From positions 1 through 34,137 of the IMG/VR virus record IMGVR_UViG_3300045988_022110: a stretch of 34,137 nucleotides of DNA. One strand, 5' to 3'. Below, piece by piece: positions 31,773 through 34,137 of the stretch (its first letter is position 1; each line of letters begins with the position of its first letter). Both the position numbers and the translations under genes were made by a program. Under the pieces are notes generated by a model. That model was not told where the DNA came from and ran no database searches. It saw only the letters and a list, made by a program, of their open reading frames with translations. Source of the stretch: a virus.

Positions 31773-32467
31773 TGGAGATCAATAGATCCATCCGGGCGAA
31801 GTGGCACGGCGGAAAGCGCAAGCTTTCCGCCATCACAGCCATTGTCATGCACTACACGGCCAACACCGGACAGATGGCGACGGCCAAGGGCAACGCCCGC
31901 TATTTTGAGGGCGGAAGCGAGGGACGAAAGGCCTCGGCCCACTACGTCGTCGACGAGGGCAATGTGGCCTACGAGTGCGTGCCGCTCGATACCGTCGCCT
32001 GGTCCGTCGGAGACGGGAACAAAGGCCCGTATGGCAAGCTCGTCAACAACTACAACTCGGTATCGATCGAGATGGTCAGCCACACCGACGCCGCCGGGCG
32101 GTATTACATCCCCATCGAGACGCAGCGGCACGCGGCGGAGCTGTATGCGCAGCTCAAAAATCAGCTGCCGAACGTCAAGTACGTCGTGCGCCACTACGAT
32201 GTGAGCCTCAAAAAATGCCATGCGCCGATGATCGACGAGGGCGAATGGAAGAAATTTAAGAATCTGCTGGAGGAGGCGGAAGAAGTGAGATACGAAAAGC
32301 TGAAAGACGTCACGAACAAGACGTACCGCGAGACGCTGGACAAACTGGTGGGAAAGGGCCTGCTCAAGGGCAAGGGCGGCGAGGGCGAAGATCTGCTGCT
32401 CGACCTTGCCGAGGATAACGTCCGGATGCTAGTCATCCTTGACCGCACAGGCGTATTTGATAAGTAA
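31769..32467 (+). CDS. Endolysin, N-acetylmuramoyl-L-alanine amidase (Amidase_2/PGRP type), 232 aa
   Basis: AIVMHYTAN, SAHYVVD, AWSVGD and NSVSIEM motifs. The C-terminal ~70 aa is probably a wall-binding region. Confidence 0.88.
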   Translation: MMEINRSIRAKWHGGKRKLSAITAIVMHYTANTGQMATAKGNARYFEGGSEGRKASAHYVVDEGNVAYECVPLDTVAWSVGDGNKGPYGKLVNNYNSVSIEMVSHTDAAGRYYIPIETQRHAAELYAQLKNQLPNVKYVVRHYDVSLKKCHAPMIDEGEWKKFKNLLEEAEEVRYEKLKDVTNKTYRETLDKLVGKGLLKGKGGEGEDLLLDLAEDNVRMLVILDRTGVFDK

Positions 32468-32502
32468 GCTGCCGCCGGCATGCGGCGGCTGGAAGGGAGT
32501 GA

Positions 32503-32754
32503 CGAAGCATAACTGCGCGGCTGGCTCTGCCGAAGGAGCTGGAACACCTCACGCGCAGCGACTGGGAGCGCGTCACTGACGAGGGCATACTGGATCAGAT
32601 CGATCGGCAGATCGTGAAGCTCTATATCGTGCGCAGGCTCCCGCAGATGGACGCAGCCGCCGAGATCGGCGTCGACCGAAAAACCATCTCCCGCCGCCTG
32701 CCGCACATCATCACAATTGCCCGCCGCATCGCCGGAAGGCAGCATACAGAGTAA
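32503..32754 (+). pseudogene. Sigma region-4/LuxR-like HTH ORF (83 codons) with no canonical start codon
   Basis: Open frame reads ..ITARLALPKELEHLTRSDWERVTDEGILDQIDRQIVKLYIVRRLPQMDAAAEIGVDRKTISRRLPHIITIARRIAGRQHTE. GGGAG RBS lies 10 nt before an ATA at 32509. The first in-frame ATG/GTG/TTG is a GTG (the V of IVKLY), downstream of the N-terminal third of the ORF. Confidence 0.5.
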
Positions 32755-32788
32755 AAGCCCGTGGAGTGATCCACGGGCTTTTATTTTT
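32754..32788. terminator. Bidirectional rho-independent terminator
   Basis: Stem aaagcccgtgg / ccacgggcttt with loop agtgat, followed by tatttttc. It sits between convergent units. Confidence 0.85.
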
Positions 32789-32808
32789 CGGATTTTCAAA
32801 ATTTACTG

Positions 32809-33147
32809 TTACACGTTTTTGCTCAAGATCTCCGCGGCCATCGCGATCACATACGCTGGGCATGCGCGCTCACCGAGGCACCAGCCCTGCACGGTGCGCA
32901 GGGGGACGTTAAAATACTGTGCAAAGCCAGTCTGTGTCAGTCCGTATTTTTTAAGCAGCTCCGGGACTGTGCAGTGCGCGCCGTCCCAGACCGCGCAGAG
33001 CAGTGCAAGCCGTTCCGCTGGGATCTCGGCGTCTTCAGCGTCGCCCCAGATGCTTGATAGTGCCAGATCCGAGATATAGGCATCACGGTCAGCGTATGTG
33101 CCGGCCTCTGCGTAAAGCGTGGAGCGGATAAAAGGGGTAAGTGTCAT
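32809..33147 (-). CDS. Cassette B gene 3: protein with C-terminal XRE-type HTH, 112 aa (candidate autoregulator)
   Basis: ELLKKYGLTQTGFAQYFNVPLRTVQGWCLGERACPAYVIAMAAEIL. ATGA overlap with the upstream gene. Confidence 0.75.
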   Translation of the reverse strand: MTLTPFIRSTLYAEAGTYADRDAYISDLALSSIWGDAEDAEIPAERLALLCAVWDGAHCTVPELLKKYGLTQTGFAQYFNVPLRTVQGWCLGERACPAYVIAMAAEILSKNV

Positions 33148-33788
33148 GGTTTGTCCTCCAATTTTGTAACAGACCAGCCGTGCCAGGTGTAGCCGCGGCT
33201 GCCTGCATCATATAGCGCCTTACATACGGCGTCGACGGAATCCGGGTCGCCGGAGATATCAAAAAGTCCGGGGTGCTCACGGACAAAGTTGCGGAGATTA
33301 TGCACATCGTAGACATGATGCGCAAAGCGCAGCCGAAACGATCTCGCGGCAATGTGCTGTTCGCCGGGACTCGTCAGCGGCGACAGAGCCTGCGCCGCTA
33401 CACGCGCGGATGGGGATTGCTGCGCCTCCTGCAGCGCGCAGCCGCAGGACGTTGTATGCCCGGATTTGAGATTGCTCATGGGGACAACGGCGGTGCCGCC
33501 GCAGTCACACCGGCAAAGCCAGAGAGACTGGCTGCTTCGGCTGCCAACGCGCTCCACTGCGACGAGCCGACCGAACCGCTGCCCGGTGATATCTGCGCGG
33601 CGCTTGACGCCGCGATCATGGCCGCATGAAGTGGATTTGCCGCCGCGAAGATTGGATGATAAAACGACGCGCTCCGCACCGCAGGAGCAGCGGCAGCGCC
33701 AGAGGAGCCGCCCGCCAGCATCTTTCCCGGCAGGCCCAAGCACACGCCAGAGGCCAAAAACCTGACCGGTCAGGTCGATTGGTCGCAT
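33144..33788 (-). CDS. Cassette B gene 2: protein with two tandem Zn-ribbon modules and an unknown C-terminal domain, 214 aa
   Basis: Repeated LTGQ-FG-L-V...W-C-C-CG...L--G---SCG modules at aa 6-56 and 68-116. The start lies 3 nt after the stop of gene 1. Confidence 0.7.
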   Translation of the reverse strand: MRPIDLTGQVFGLWRVLGPAGKDAGGRLLWRCRCSCGAERVVLSSNLRGGKSTSCGHDRGVKRRADITGQRFGRLVAVERVGSRSSQSLWLCRCDCGGTAVVPMSNLKSGHTTSCGCALQEAQQSPSARVAAQALSPLTSPGEQHIAARSFRLRFAHHVYDVHNLRNFVREHPGLFDISGDPDSVDAVCKALYDAGSRGYTWHGWSVTKLEDKP

Positions 33789-33791
33789 CCC

Positions 33792-33989
33792 TTACGCATG
33801 AGCAACGACGCTCCAAGCGTCGCTGCGGCTGCCGTCAGTGTCAATCCACATGCGGCAGATATTGTCGGTCAGGCAGCGGTAGATAGCGCCAGTGTTGACG
33901 TTAAAACGGTAGGTGTACTTGCCGATAACGGTATCGATTCTTTCTTCAACAGCATTGCGGATGATTCTTTCGATGGTGGTCTTTTTCAT
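33792..33989 (-). CDS. Cassette B gene 1: small hypothetical protein, 65 aa
   Basis: GAAAGAGG RBS before the ATG at 33989. First gene behind the consensus promoter. Confidence 0.65.
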   Translation of the reverse strand: MKKTTIERIIRNAVEERIDTVIGKYTYRFNVNTGAIYRCLTDNICRMWIDTDGSRSDAWSVVAHA

Positions 33990-34018
33990 GTTGTACCTCT
34001 TTCCGGCTTATCGCCTTG

Positions 34019-34137
34019 ATTTATCTTATGGCTTTATTATACGCTCAATGAGCGTAAATGTCAAGAGGAAAAATGAAAAAATCAAAAAATAAATGGTACA
34101 TAAATGGTACACAGACGTCCCGCAAATGTCCCCCAGC
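34019..34137. repeat. Terminal direct repeat, copy 2
   Basis: Exact 119-bp copy of bases 1-119. The window ends at the point where the copy ends. Confidence 0.95.
34036..34064 (-). promoter_or_regulatory. Consensus sigma-70-type promoter with a palindromic operator in its spacer (duplicate copy at 18-46)
   Basis: Minus strand reads TTGACA-tttacgctcattgagcg-TATAAT. The spacer and first -10 base form the perfect palindrome ACGCTCA-t-TGAGCGT (34041-55). An A/T-rich UP-like tract lies upstream of the -35. Confidence 0.8.

Larger units (their letters stand above)
1..34018. mobile_element. One complete unit of a temperate tailed-phage genome (lysogeny, early, packaging, HK97-type head, non-contractile tail, lysis and accessory modules)
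   Basis: Every canonical module is present once and in colinear order. Bases 1-119 are identical to 34019-34137, so the window closes on itself. Confidence 0.85.

Noticed and set aside
28472-32221. Long minus-strand ORFs 28472-30073 and 31136-32221 opposite the tail fibre and lysis genes
   Set aside because: Same reasoning as above. They have no RBS, are compositionally biased, and the opposite frames encode recognisable fibre, holin and amidase proteins.
1-34137. Search for CRISPR arrays, tRNA/rRNA genes, IS elements, and a reverse transcriptase (DGR or retron) that might explain the repeats in tail genes
   Set aside because: I saw no spaced short direct repeats, no tRNA-like cloverleaf or T-loop consensus, and no transposase or RT motifs in any listed ORF. 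The tail-gene repeats are in-frame protein domain duplications, not template/variable repeat pairs.

Overview
This window is one complete, circularly closed genome of about 34.0 kb from a temperate tailed phage or excised prophage. Bases 1-119 recur exactly at 34019-34137, so the unique unit is 34018 bp. The host is probably a high-GC Gram-positive (Clostridia-like) bacterium; that is inferred from GC-rich codons, GGAGG ribosome-binding sites, a Cheo-type SOS box and an XhlA/holin/amidase lysis cassette.

Gene order around the circle:
- accessory cassette A (191-1692, +)
- large serine recombinase (1727-3301, -)
- membrane-anchored XRE protein, zinc-ribbon/TM2 protein and a small membrane protein (3354-4582, -)
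- LexA-type box flanked by back-to-back TATAAT hexamers (4638-4653)
- CI-like repressor (4917-5291, -) facing a consensus early promoter (5375-5403)
- about 25 short, translationally coupled early genes (5448-12249), including a truncated C5-methyltransferase remnant, DUF551, ASCH and a DUF1064 nuclease
- orphan beta-class DNA methyltransferase
- HUH Rep-like protein
- RinA-like late activator
- HNH endonuclease, terS, terL, portal, ClpP-type protease, HK97-type capsid, connectors and major tail protein
- G/GT chaperone with an A-AAA-AAC -1 frameshift site, then tape measure
- tail-tip and fibre genes (24578-30526)
- XhlA-like protein, holin and amidase endolysin (31245-32467)
- a start-less HTH ORF
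- accessory cassette B (33989-32809, -), driven by a TTGACA-17-TATAAT promoter with a perfect palindromic operator in its spacer

I saw no tRNA, rRNA, CRISPR array, transposase or reverse transcriptase.

The best candidates for new biology are:
- the operator-controlled three-gene cassette B, which ends in an HTH protein and has an acr/aca-like or other anti-defence/moron architecture
- cassette A, which encodes a glycine-zipper/Cys-rich protein
- the SOS-box-controlled divergent unit next to a repressor that has no cleavage domain
- an HUH Rep-like gene plus a 35-bp perfect palindrome in a genome with no other recognisable replication genes

All product calls come from motif recognition by eye. 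No database search was run. GC statements are hand counts on short stretches.
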